From a virus (Duplodnaviria; Caudoviricetes): a stretch of 64,000 bases of DNA. The notes below the pieces were generated by a model, which was not told the origin of the DNA, ran no database searches, and saw nothing but the letters and a program-made list of their open reading frames with translations. Below are positions 9,629 to 18,816 of the stretch, piece after piece. Numbering within the stretch: position 1 is the stretch's first letter; every line of letters starts with the position of its first letter. The position numbers and the translations under genes are program-made. Where the stretch lies: positions 32,001 through 96,000 of the IMG/VR virus record IMGVR_UViG_3300026546_000001. One strand, given 5' to 3'.

Positions 9629-10846
9629 ATGGCAAAAAAAGCAAAAAAAACAGTATCGTTTAGTGATATTGGAAAAATTGTAGAAGATTCAATTGGTAAA
9701 ACTTCAATTATTTTAGAAGATGAAGAACATTCTACACCAGTTAAATATACTGATACTGGAATTTATTTATTAAACGCATTATTTACAACAGATATATTTA
9801 AAGGTATACCATCTAATAGAATTATTGCATTAGCGGGAGCTGAAGGAGTTGGTAAAAGTTTTCTTTGTTATAATATTGCGCGTGAAGCGCAACGTGATAA
9901 TGGATACGTAATATTTATTGATACTGAATATTCAATTGAAATTGAAAAGTTAAAACCATTTGGAATTGATACAAGTAAAGATAAATTTAAATTAATACGT
10001 TCAAATGTAATAGAAGATATTAAAATATGGTTTGCTAAATTTCTTAAAAATATAAAAGAATTAAAACAAACTGGTGCTGAATTACCAAACATTACAATAT
10101 TTTTAGATTCAGCTGGTGCGTTAGCAAGTAGAAAAGAAATGACTGATGCACAAGAAGGTAAAGAAAAAGCTGATATGACAAGAGCTAAAGTTATGGGAAG
10201 TCTCTTCCGCATTATTATGTCAGATTTAGGTTATTTAGGAATTCCATTAATTGTAACTAATCATACATATTTAACAACAGATTTATTTCCACAAGAAATA
10301 ATGAAAGGTGGTAAAGGTTTGTATTATAGTGCTAGTATTATTGTATTTATGTCTAAAGCTAAATTAAAAACAGGCGCTGAAAGTACTATGGATATGGGGC
10401 AATCTGGAATTGTTGTAACAGCTAAATCAAAGAAAAATAGATTAGCAAAACCTAAACAAATAAAATTTGAAATAGATTTTACTAAAGGTTGTAATCCATA
10501 TAAGGGTTTAGAAGCATTTTGTTTACCACAATTTTTTGATAAAGTTGGTATTGCGAAAGGTAAATTTGATAAAGATGGTAATTTTGTACCAGGTGGAAAT
10601 AAGTGGGCAATAAAGCATTTAAACAAAACAGTTTGGGAAAAACAATTACATACACCTGAAATTTTCACAGAAGATGTATTAAAAGCACTTCAACCAATTA
10701 TTAAAGATTATTTTTCTTATAAAGATCATCAAGAATTAGAAGAAATGTGGAATGAAGTAAAAGATTTAGAACAAGAATATGAACAAGAATTAGAATCATT
10801 AGGAGTTGCAGCAGATGATATATCAGATACTGATTTATTTGAATAA
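9629..10846 (+). CDS. uvsX: UvsX/RecA-like recombinase
   Basis: Walker A GAEGVGKS, FIDTEYS, IFLDS, KADMTRAK, VTNHTY, MKGGKGLYYSAS (T4 UvsX-like); acidic tail. Confidence 0.88.
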   Translation: MAKKAKKTVSFSDIGKIVEDSIGKTSIILEDEEHSTPVKYTDTGIYLLNALFTTDIFKGIPSNRIIALAGAEGVGKSFLCYNIAREAQRDNGYVIFIDTEYSIEIEKLKPFGIDTSKDKFKLIRSNVIEDIKIWFAKFLKNIKELKQTGAELPNITIFLDSAGALASRKEMTDAQEGKEKADMTRAKVMGSLFRIIMSDLGYLGIPLIVTNHTYLTTDLFPQEIMKGGKGLYYSASIIVFMSKAKLKTGAESTMDMGQSGIVVTAKSKKNRLAKPKQIKFEIDFTKGCNPYKGLEAFCLPQFFDKVGIAKGKFDKDGNFVPGGNKWAIKHLNKTVWEKQLHTPEIFTEDVLKALQPIIKDYFSYKDHQELEEMWNEVKDLEQEYEQELESLGVAADDISDTDLFE

Positions 10847-10866
10847 TACATTATCATAATTTTTTT

Positions 10867-10901
10867 AAAAAAATCGCTAATTTAAATTAGTGATTTTTTT
10901 T
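10867..10901 (+). terminator. Intrinsic terminator
   Basis: AAAATCGCTAATT...AATTAGTGATTTT stem followed by a T-tract. Confidence 0.65.
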
Positions 10902-10925
10902 ATATAATAAAAATAGCTTTAAGTA

Positions 10926-11288
10926 ATGCAACATTCTATATTTGAAACAGATTTTTTTAAAAAAATCGAAAAAGATCCAAAAGCAATTACAATACCATAT
11001 ATGAAATCATATGGGCCAATTATAACTGATGAAAATATAAATAAATTACTTGAAGAACTAATGATAGATTATTTTGTTAAAAAAGATTTAATTCAACAAC
11101 ATTATAAAGAATATAAACCATTAAGAAGTGATTATTATCAAATGAATTTTTTTGAAAAAGAATTACGATCTAGAATTGGTAAACAACAATTAAAAATGGA
11201 CTTTTTAAATATTGATCCTACACATAATATAAAAGAACAATTTGAAAAAATAATTAATGATAATAATTTTGAATATTTTCTCATATAA
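10926..11288 (+). CDS. Hypothetical protein
   Basis: 120-aa ORF. Confidence 0.6.
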   Translation: MQHSIFETDFFKKIEKDPKAITIPYMKSYGPIITDENINKLLEELMIDYFVKKDLIQQHYKEYKPLRSDYYQMNFFEKELRSRIGKQQLKMDFLNIDPTHNIKEQFEKIINDNNFEYFLI

Positions 11289-11384
11289 TTAATATATTAA
11301 AATATAATTGTTGAATAAAAAATAATTTATTATTAATATTATATATAATGATTAATTTAATATATAAAAAAACTATAAATACGA

Positions 11385-12116
11385 ATGCCAATTAAAGGAA
11401 AACATCTTGTTGATAATACAATATCACAGGAAAAATTAAATATTACAACAGACTCGGTTATTTATGATACAGATATAACTAATAAAGAATACGTTGATTC
11501 TGTAATTGATGATCAAGTATCTAATATTAGATATAATAAATTAAATAGAAACATGCAGGCTTTAAACGCAGGAGTTGGAGACAAAGCGTGTGAAGATGCA
11601 ATCATTGAATTTAATATTACTAACGTTAGAGTAACAGTTAATGGTGTTGATGTAAATGTTGGTCCTGGACTTGACTGCTATTTTTCAAATGATGGTGGTA
11701 TAACAGCAAAAGAATTAGGACAAGAACAAAAGGGTGATTTTTTATACTGGAATTCAAGCAAATATATGCTAGATTCTTCTGATGAAATTGATTTTATTTA
11801 CCTAGTTGCGTATGAATATTTAGTTGAAGGAGCAAATGGAACTATTATAGTTGATCCAACATATGACAATGTTGTAGTTGAATACACTGGAGATCCTGGT
11901 ACCACATCAATTGTTACGATAGAAGATGAAGATTTTATTGTAGGAAATGTGAATGGTAATTTTGTTTGGGATATTGGTGGAACAAATGAACATACATTTA
12001 CATCTGTAAATGAATCTATAGTTCAAAATATAAATGGAAATGATTATACTATTTGGTATGATGGACAAGGTAGTTTAATATTCAGTGTTGCTAAAGGTAA
12101 TCACACAATGATTTAA
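11385..12116 (+). CDS. Putative virion structural protein (short form)
   Basis: Beta-rich and acidic, with an NKEYVD fibre-type motif; in frame with the downstream BACON array across TAA 12114-12116. Confidence 0.7.
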   Translation: MPIKGKHLVDNTISQEKLNITTDSVIYDTDITNKEYVDSVIDDQVSNIRYNKLNRNMQALNAGVGDKACEDAIIEFNITNVRVTVNGVDVNVGPGLDCYFSNDGGITAKELGQEQKGDFLYWNSSKYMLDSSDEIDFIYLVAYEYLVEGANGTIIVDPTYDNVVVEYTGDPGTTSIVTIEDEDFIVGNVNGNFVWDIGGTNEHTFTSVNESIVQNINGNDYTIWYDGQGSLIFSVAKGNHTMI

Positions 12117-13481
12117 TATTATTTAAATGCAACTCCTACAACATTTAATTTATCAAGTTCATCATCAAATAATAATCAAATTAATATAAATAGTAATGTT
12201 AATTGGTCTGCAAGCGTAACACAAGGTTCTGATTTTATAACATTAAATGTAACAAATGGCACAGATGATGGAACAGTTACGTTTAATGTTAATGAAAACA
12301 CTAATGTTGAAACAAGTAGATCTGGAAAAATAACAATTGTAAATGATAGTGGAATTGTTGATGATATTATTATAACAATTAATCAAGAAGGAGAATATGC
12401 GTATCTTAGTGTTGATCCTTCTAGTTTTTATTATGATAGTAATTCTCATTATAATGAAGATATATCAGTGTCATCAAATAACGATTGGACTGTAGTGTCT
12501 GGAGATGATATATGGATAAATTTAAGTAATGATAGTGGAAGTGGAAATGGAACAATTAGTTTTGATATAGAAGAAAATACATCAACTGACAATAGGAGCA
12601 CGTATATATATGTTGAAGATTCATTTGGAAATAGTGAGAATATTACAATTGATCAAGATGGAGCACCTGCATACATAAACGTTAGTCCAACATATTTTTC
12701 TGTACCTTACAATTCTAGCAATGGAGAAATAATTAATGTATCATCTAATAATTCTTGGTCAGCATCATGTAATGATTCATGGATAACTATAACAACTGCA
12801 AGTGGAAATAATGATGGATCTATTGATTTTGATATATCAGAAAATACATCGACTGATAGTAGAAATACGTATATATATGTTGAAGATTCATTTGGAAATT
12901 ACCAAACAGTTAATATTGATCAAGACGGTGCACCATCCTATATAAGTGCTAATCCAACATCATTTTCGTTTGATTACAATAGTCAAAATGGTCAATCAAT
13001 TAGTATTAGTTCCAATGATACATGGAATGCATCATGTAATGATTCATGGATAAATATTCAAACAAGTAATGGTACTGGAAATGGTCCAGTTGATTTTGAT
13101 GTTGAAGAAAATACAGATACAAGTTCATCTAGATCAACAACAATAGAAATAAGTACAAATGGAGGTGAATCAGTAAGTGTTACAATTGATCAAGATCCAG
13201 CGCCAGTTCAATTAGATGCTTCACCTCAATCGTTTTCCTTTGATTCATCTAGTCATTATGATGAATATATAGATATCACATCAAATACTAGTTGGAGTGC
13301 ATATTCAAATGAATCTTGGATTTTAGTTAATACTTCTTCAGGAACTGGAAATGGTTCAGTTGATTTCAATGTCGAAGAAAATACAGATCAATCTCAACGA
13401 AGTGGATCAATTGTGATATCTGATGATGATGGAAATATTAGTATTACTGTTACAATTGATCAAGATGGAGCAGTTATTTAA
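12117..13481 (+). CDS. Five tandem BACON (Ig-like) domains; in-frame extension of 11385..12116
   Basis: The frame is open from 12117. Five repeats of about 90 aa (YLxVxP...SNxxW...WI...GxGxG.V.F.V.EN....R...I...Q). The track's GTG start at 12468 falls inside repeat 2. Confidence 0.8.
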   Translation, partial: YYLNATPTTFNLSSSSSNNNQININSNVNWSASVTQGSDFITLNVTNGTDDGTVTFNVNENTNVETSRSGKITIVNDSGIVDDIIITINQEGEYAYLSVDPSSFYYDSNSHYNEDISVSSNNDWTVVSGDDIWINLSNDSGSGNGTISFDIEENTSTDNRSTYIYVEDSFGNSENITIDQDGAPAYINVSPTYFSVPYNSSNGEIINVSSNNSWSASCNDSWITITTASGNNDGSIDFDISENTSTDSRNTYIYVEDSFGNYQTVNIDQDGAPSYISANPTSFSFDYNSQNGQSISISSNDTWNASCNDSWINIQTSNGTGNGPVDFDVEENTDTSSSRSTTIEISTNGGESVSVTIDQDPAPVQLDASPQSFSFDSSSHYDEYIDITSNTSWSAYSNESWILVNTSSGTGNGSVDFNVEENTDQSQRSGSIVISDDDGNISITVTIDQDGAVI

Positions 13482-13483
13482 TA

Positions 13484-13891
13484 TTAAATTTCTATATAAA
13501 CACTATACAAATGGTACGACATCATAGTCGTACCATTTAATGTTGCTATACCTATAGGTTCAAGTGTAGCATATTCTAATGCGTCATAAAATGCTTGTTG
13601 TGTAATAAACTTATTTGTAATATATTTAATTTTACCATACACGCCAATATTATCTTTAAAAGGATAAAATAATCCAATAACATCAAATAAACTTAATTCT
13701 AAATTTTCAGGTTTTGAATGTGTTATAAATATATTAGAAGCAAATATAACATTTTTTGAATACTTTACATCAGTATATAATTCACTATAATAATCATCAA
13801 ATTTAAAAAGATACATTTTTTCATAATCTTCAAAATGATTATCATAAAAGAATTCATTATTATTGTTTGTATATCTAATATATTTTTTCAT
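13484..13891 (-). CDS. Hypothetical protein
   Basis: Follows nusG by 3 nt. Confidence 0.55.
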   Translation of the reverse strand: MKKYIRYTNNNNEFFYDNHFEDYEKMYLFKFDDYYSELYTDVKYSKNVIFASNIFITHSKPENLELSLFDVIGLFYPFKDNIGVYGKIKYITNKFITQQAFYDALEYATLEPIGIATLNGTTMMSYHLYSVYIEI

Positions 13892-13894
13892 TAA

Positions 13895-14416
13895 TTAATA
13901 TACTTTTTTAATAGAATCAAAAGATAATTCAACATCAGTTGGACGTCCAAAAATTTTAACTTCTACATTAACTCTTCCTTTACTTTCATCAACTTTTGTA
14001 ATAACACCTTCAAATGTTGAAAATGGTCCATCTACTATTGATATTTTTTCACCTTCCATCCAAATAGAATCTGTGTTTATTTTTTCCATTTTACCTAATA
14101 AACGTGTAATTTCATTTTCTGGAATTCGTGTTGGAACTGCGCGTTTTTCACCCATAAATCCTAATACACCTGGAACAGATAGTAATGATTTAATAACATA
14201 ATCCTTTGAAAGATCTGCGTTTAATATTACATATCCAGGTAATAATGGACGTTCCTTTGTTACGCGTTTATGTTTTTTAATTTCTAAATATTTTTCCATC
14301 GGAACAATAACTTGAGAAACGTATTCAGATAAATTATCAAGTTTTATTTTATTTTCTAAATTAGACTTAACTTTATTATCTTGTCCTTTTGCAACTTTCA
14401 ATATATACCAATTCAT
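13895..14416 (-). CDS. nusG: Transcription elongation/antitermination factor NusG
   Basis: NGN domain (WYILKV, LLPGYV, VPGVLGF) and KOW domain (IVDGPFSTFEG...KIFGRPTDVELSF). Confidence 0.93.
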   Translation of the reverse strand: MNWYILKVAKGQDNKVKSNLENKIKLDNLSEYVSQVIVPMEKYLEIKKHKRVTKERPLLPGYVILNADLSKDYVIKSLLSVPGVLGFMGEKRAVPTRIPENEITRLLGKMEKINTDSIWMEGEKISIVDGPFSTFEGVITKVDESKGRVNVEVKIFGRPTDVELSFDSIKKVY

Positions 14417-14525
14417 AATATAAGATTTATTTTTTTAATAAGAAATTTATAATTGGGAAATTATAAGAATATATTTTATATATGAAAAATATTTGTTTAT
14501 GTTTAATTATTTAAAAATATTTTTT

Positions 14526-14533
14526 TATATTTG
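14526..14533 (+). promoter_or_regulatory. Bacteroidota-type -7 promoter element TAnnTTTG
   Basis: TATATTTG 22 nt before ATG 14556. Same element at 16028-16035(-), 18785-18792(-), 40719-40726, 42962-42969, 50606-50613 and 54471-54478(-). Confidence 0.65.
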
Positions 14534-14555
14534 TATGTAATAAAATTAAATTAAA

Positions 14556-14780
14556 ATGGGAAGATCAAATAACAAAGTTCACGTTCAAATTAATTCATTA
14601 GAAGCACTTGAAAGATTACTTGGTAATGATGCTGAATTTGAATTTGATATTAGAAATAATATAGTTCAAAAATTTACAGAAAAACATTTAAAACAAGTTG
14701 CTAATTCTGAATTAATGAAAGCAGCTGAAGAAAAAATTAAAGAATATATTTATAAAAAAAAGGTTATAAAACTGTGTTAA
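14556..14780 (+). CDS. Hypothetical protein; N-terminal part of a possible -1 frameshift product
   Basis: Contains A AAA AAG (14756-14762) six codons before its stop. Confidence 0.6.
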   Translation: MGRSNNKVHVQINSLEALERLLGNDAEFEFDIRNNIVQKFTEKHLKQVANSELMKAAEEKIKEYIYKKKVIKLC

Positions 14781-15064
14781 ATCCTAAATTTGCAAAAAAA
14801 ATTGAAGATGAAGTTAATTTTGTATATAAACAAATGTTAAATAAGAAATTTTATGATTTAAAACAAATACATTTAAATTCTTTAAATGAAAGATTAAAAG
14901 ATTTTGAAGATAATGTATTAGAATCATATATTGATGAAAAAATTAACACAAAACTTAAAAAAGTTGTTGATGCCAAAGTTGATGCTAAAATAAAAAGAAT
15001 AATTAGATTAATAAATGAAGATGAAACTGGAGATAAAAAAGTTAGTTCCATGTCTAATCTTTAA
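14774..15064 (+). CDS. Hypothetical coiled-coil protein; -1 frame continuation of 14556..14780
   Basis: The -1 frame opens right after TAA 14753-14755; its first start is a GTG. Confidence 0.55.
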   Translation: MLNPKFAKKIEDEVNFVYKQMLNKKFYDLKQIHLNSLNERLKDFEDNVLESYIDEKINTKLKKVVDAKVDAKIKRIIRLINEDETGDKKVSSMSNL

Positions 15065-15495
15065 TCTGTTATAGAATCTAATGGAACATTATAATCCATA
15101 CATAAATTATAATAAAATTCTAAAAAATTTTCTAATTCGACATTAATATTTTTAATGTCGATTTTTTTTGAAAATGTTACAACATTATCTGCCCAATTGT
15201 TAGTTTCATATGTTATTTTTTCAAAAAAATATTCATTTTTTTCAAAGTAAATTTGTAATTTTTCAATTGCATCTAATGATAATCTAAAATATTTTAATGG
15301 AATATCATAAATCTTTTGCATTTCAGTTACGATATTTACATATCGCAATTTTTTATTTAAATGACTTATTTCAAATGAAGCTACTACTAAATCATCATCT
15401 CTTTTTCTTTCAAAAAATCTAAATATTAATATATGATCTATTTGATCTAATCCATGTTTTTTAACTAAATTGTTAACTTCATTTTTTAATAACAT
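15061..15495 (-). CDS. Hypothetical protein
   Basis: 144-aa ORF. Confidence 0.55.
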   Translation of the reverse strand: MLLKNEVNNLVKKHGLDQIDHILIFRFFERKRDDDLVVASFEISHLNKKLRYVNIVTEMQKIYDIPLKYFRLSLDAIEKLQIYFEKNEYFFEKITYETNNWADNVVTFSKKIDIKNINVELENFLEFYYNLCMDYNVPLDSITD

Positions 15496-15499
15496 TAAT

Positions 15500-16000
15500 T
15501 TAATTACTATTTTTTCTTTCTTCCTTAAGACGTTCCATGTTTTTATGATGAAAATATCTTAATTCATCTACTTCTTTTTTTAAAGCATCTTTATATGCAA
15601 TTGCTAACATTGTAAAAAATTTTTTAAAAGTGTAATAAATATAAACTAATTTTGGTTGTTCATTTTTATATTTTAACACCTTAATTATATTTAATTTATT
15701 ATCACTAAAAAAAGTTCTAATGCCATAAACTCTTACATTATATATTCCAGGTTTTTGTAATTTTTGCCAATCTTCATCAGCATCTAAATTTAATAGTATT
15801 AAATTTTTAAAAAAAGCTAAATTTAAATCTCTATCATATGGAACATAAAAAATATGTTTATCTGTTGTTATAACTTTTCTTATAATTTTACCATTTTCGG
15901 TTGTTTGAACAGCTTTAACAACATTAATTGTTATATTTTTATAACTTGCAAAAAATATAACAATAATTAAAATTGAAGTGTAAAAAATTATTTTTCTCAT
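15500..16000 (-). CDS. Membrane-anchored hypothetical protein
   Basis: N-terminal hydrophobic anchor; TAnnTTTG upstream. Confidence 0.6.
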   Translation of the reverse strand: MRKIIFYTSILIIVIFFASYKNITINVVKAVQTTENGKIIRKVITTDKHIFYVPYDRDLNLAFFKNLILLNLDADEDWQKLQKPGIYNVRVYGIRTFFSDNKLNIIKVLKYKNEQPKLVYIYYTFKKFFTMLAIAYKDALKKEVDELRYFHHKNMERLKEERKNSN

Positions 16001-16064
16001 GATTACTTATTTATTCGTTTGTTTATACAAATATAATAAATATTCATAAAATAAAAAAATATTT

Positions 16065-16532
16065 TTAATTATTTTTTAATAAATTTTCGCGTATTCTCAT
16101 TAATAATATTCCAAGTTTATTTTCACCAATTCCATATCTTGTATCAACACCCCAATAATTATCATGCCAATTATTACCTTCAATTAATATATATCCAACA
16201 GTATTTAAAAGATCTTGAGCAAGTTTTGTACCAGGCGCAAATTTTTGAATTAATGCTTCAGTCATAAATTTTAATTTAACAGTATCCCAATCAAGCCTAT
16301 AATCTAATTCATCTTCAAAAATTCGTTTACCAAATAATTTAGCATCCTTAGGTTCTAATATAGACGCAACATGTTTATGAACATTAATATCATAACTTTT
16401 CATTGCTTGATAATAATGTTCTACAGATGGATACATTATTTGATTTTCATCCTTAATTATACATGGATAAAAATTAGATAAAAATCTATATTGTTTCCTA
16501 AAACTTGTTATTGCACCTTTAGAAATATCCAT
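16065..16532 (-). CDS. NADAR (YbiA/DUF1768) family ADP-ribosylglycohydrolase
   Basis: FLSNFYP, SVEHYYQAMK, W...K...M...L.QKF, LIEGNNWHDNYWG, GENKLGILLM.IRE. Confidence 0.92.
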   Translation of the reverse strand: MDISKGAITSFRKQYRFLSNFYPCIIKDENQIMYPSVEHYYQAMKSYDINVHKHVASILEPKDAKLFGKRIFEDELDYRLDWDTVKLKFMTEALIQKFAPGTKLAQDLLNTVGYILIEGNNWHDNYWGVDTRYGIGENKLGILLMRIRENLLKNN

Positions 16533-16735
16533 TACCCCACGCGTGAACGTATTACAATACCATTGTTTATGTCTAAGTTTATTCTTTTTGGATTATAATC
16601 AGCTGAAACTATTAGTGGATTTCCATCTTTTTCTGTAATTCTATAAACTGCTCCAGCTTTTTCAATTCTTTTTTTTGCATCTTCAAATTTCATATTCACA
16701 CAACTTTCTGCAACTTTATCTAAAATTCCTAACAT
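16532..16735 (-). CDS. Small protein resembling I78/potato-inhibitor-I-type protease inhibitors
   Basis: VYRI...SADYNPKRINL...NGIV...VG pattern. Confidence 0.5.
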   Translation of the reverse strand: MLGILDKVAESCVNMKFEDAKKRIEKAGAVYRITEKDGNPLIVSADYNPKRINLDINNGIVIRSRVG

Positions 16736-16766
16736 AATAATATTTTATTTTTATATTATAAAAAAA

Positions 16767-17468
16767 TTATCCAAAATGTTTTGTATTTTTAGAATGCATA
16801 TATACATCTTCTATTTTTTCTCTATCAGAAGCGTTGTAAATTCTACTTAAATCTATTCCATCTTCTCTTAATAAATTTACACATTTTTTAACGCGTTCAA
16901 TATAAATTTCAGATGTTCCTTTACCTAAATGCGTATTATATTCAGATTTCCAATATTCTGCTCTTTCTTCTAATGTTTTAGGAATTGGTTTTGTATCAAT
17001 TAATATTAACATTCTTGCTGCAATAGCTCCAAATAATGCTGTATTACATAATTCAACACTTGTATTTAACCAATCAATACCAAAATGTTTTAAATTTTTA
17101 TAATATTTTAATAATGATCTATGTGATTTATAATTTTTAGTTTCATTAAATCCTACTTCATTCATTTGAAATGGACCTCTATCTTTATGTCCTAGTCTAA
17201 AAGTTTGAGGATGTGTACCTAACATACTTTCAACCATTGCTATTTCTAATAAAAATAAATGTCCACCTATATTTTTATTTGGATTTAACATTTTAATAGC
17301 AGTGTTTATTGATTTACTTATTAATTTATAATTATTTCCAATATTATTAATTCCTTTTTTAGGAACAACTGCAAGTTTAAATATTTTGTGATTTGGTAAA
17401 TTACTTAAATCTTCTTTAAATTGTTGTATTGGAGACATTGCATATTCATTAAATGCGTAAATTTTCAT
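16767..17468 (-). CDS. Lysozyme-fold peptidoglycan hydrolase-like protein with CTS-like leader
   Basis: EIAMVES (candidate catalytic Glu), GPFQM, YWK..YNT..GKG; N-terminus MKIYAFNEY. Confidence 0.6.
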   Translation of the reverse strand: MKIYAFNEYAMSPIQQFKEDLSNLPNHKIFKLAVVPKKGINNIGNNYKLISKSINTAIKMLNPNKNIGGHLFLLEIAMVESMLGTHPQTFRLGHKDRGPFQMNEVGFNETKNYKSHRSLLKYYKNLKHFGIDWLNTSVELCNTALFGAIAARMLILIDTKPIPKTLEERAEYWKSEYNTHLGKGTSEIYIERVKKCVNLLREDGIDLSRIYNASDREKIEDVYMHSKNTKHFG

Positions 17469-17501
17469 TATAAAAATATAATTTTAATTATATATTAAAA
17501 T

Positions 17502-17534
17502 AAAAAAAGAGATATATTAAAAATATATCTCTTT
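17502..17534 (-). terminator. Terminator directly after the tmRNA
   Basis: Minus strand AAAGAGATATAT-TTTTA-ATATATCTCTTT followed by a U-tract. Confidence 0.75.
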
Positions 17535-17535
17535 G

Positions 17536-17881
17536 TGGACGTTACGGGAGTCGAACCCGTGTCCGATACGTTGTCATAAGTATAATCTACATGCTTAGTA
17601 TTTTTAAGGTAAAATACAAACCATAAAATTTGTCATTTTTATTAATTCATTTTAGTAATAAAATAACAAAAAATACTAAAATATAACTTCTTTATGACTA
17701 CCAATATGATTTAACGAAGTTATTAAATCTAGTAGTTTGCATTGTAATTCTTAATCACGCTGCAAATGCAAAAGTTTCTTTGCCATTTATAATTGTTCTG
17801 CAAAAAGTTTAACGAGATTATTACAATTACTCGACATGCATATACTTATAATCAATGTACGTCAAAAGCCAAATAACGCCC
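17536..17881 (-). ncRNA. ssrA: tmRNA, tag (A)GKETFAFAA
   Basis: 5' GGGCGTTATTTGGCTTTTGAC; 3' GGACACGGGTTCGACTCCCGTAACGTCCA. Acceptor stem GGGCGTT/AACGTCC with the G3-U70 alanine determinant. Helix 2 pairs (TATAAGTATA/TATACTTATG). Tag ORF 17784-17755 GGC AAA GAA ACT TTT GCA TTT GCA GCG TGA follows ATAAAT. Confidence 0.93.
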
Positions 17882-17897
17882 ATATTTTAACTATATA

Positions 17898-18758
17898 TTA
17901 TAATTTACTATGATATTCATCAAGTATTTTTTGTTCATCTTTCGTTAAAGATTTAATTCCTCTTTTATTTATTTTATCTAATATTTTATCTATTCTATAT
18001 TGTAATGGTACATCTCGTTCTATAGGTTTAACGTTATTAGTTAATAACCTATATTTTTTTGACTTAAATTTAGATAAATCTATATTTTTATTAACACCAG
18101 TTTTATGCAATATTTTTGTAAATGGCATAAGTATATCACGAAATCTTAATCGATAATATGCGTATATTAATCCAAATAAACCACCACCCAAATGTGAAAT
18201 TTTACCAGCAGTATTACTTTTAAAATCTATTATAACACCTAAAACAACTAATATTATAGCGATCCATTTTAATTTAACTGGACCAAATATAAATAAATTT
18301 ACAGTATAATTTGGTCTATAATATGCAGTTGCAACCATTATAGCATATATTGATCCACTAGCACCTAATAATACGCCACCACTGTTAAAAAATAATATTG
18401 TTAATAATGCAGCTGATATTCCACCTACAATATAAATACTTAATGTTGTTGTTTTATCAAAAAATAATTGTGTAAGTCGCCCAAACAACCATAAAATTAT
18501 CATATTATTAAACAAATGCCAAAAACTTAAATGTAAAAATTGATATGTTAAAAACGTCCAAATTTTACTAAATGCAGATGTTGAAAGTGGTAATGCTATA
18601 TAATTTGCAAAAAAACTTCCTAAATTAAAAAAATTAACTGATATATTAGCAAATAAAAATATTATTGTATTAACAATAATAAGTTTAATATACATATCAT
18701 TTATAGTTGTTGGTCGATATGATTTTTGAACATTTCTATTATAATATAGTCCTCTCAT
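17898..18758 (-). CDS. Rhomboid intramembrane serine protease
   Basis: FLH...HLFNNM, GASG (catalytic Ser), SHLGG (His); C-terminal IDKILDKI...SLT..E domain typical of Bacteroidota rhomboids. Confidence 0.9.
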   Translation of the reverse strand: MRGLYYNRNVQKSYRPTTINDMYIKLIIVNTIIFLFANISVNFFNLGSFFANYIALPLSTSAFSKIWTFLTYQFLHLSFWHLFNNMIILWLFGRLTQLFFDKTTTLSIYIVGGISAALLTILFFNSGGVLLGASGSIYAIMVATAYYRPNYTVNLFIFGPVKLKWIAIILVVLGVIIDFKSNTAGKISHLGGGLFGLIYAYYRLRFRDILMPFTKILHKTGVNKNIDLSKFKSKKYRLLTNNVKPIERDVPLQYRIDKILDKINKRGIKSLTKDEQKILDEYHSKL

Positions 18759-18816
18759 AATATTAAGTTTTATAAATTACAGGACAAATATAATAAAAAT
18801 AACTAAAATAAAAAAA

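Noticed and set aside
17535-17565. tRNA gene suggested by the GGTTCGACTCCC T-arm
   Set aside because: There is no anticodon arm; the pairing 5' strand is about 340 nt away and a tag ORF lies between, so it is tmRNA.
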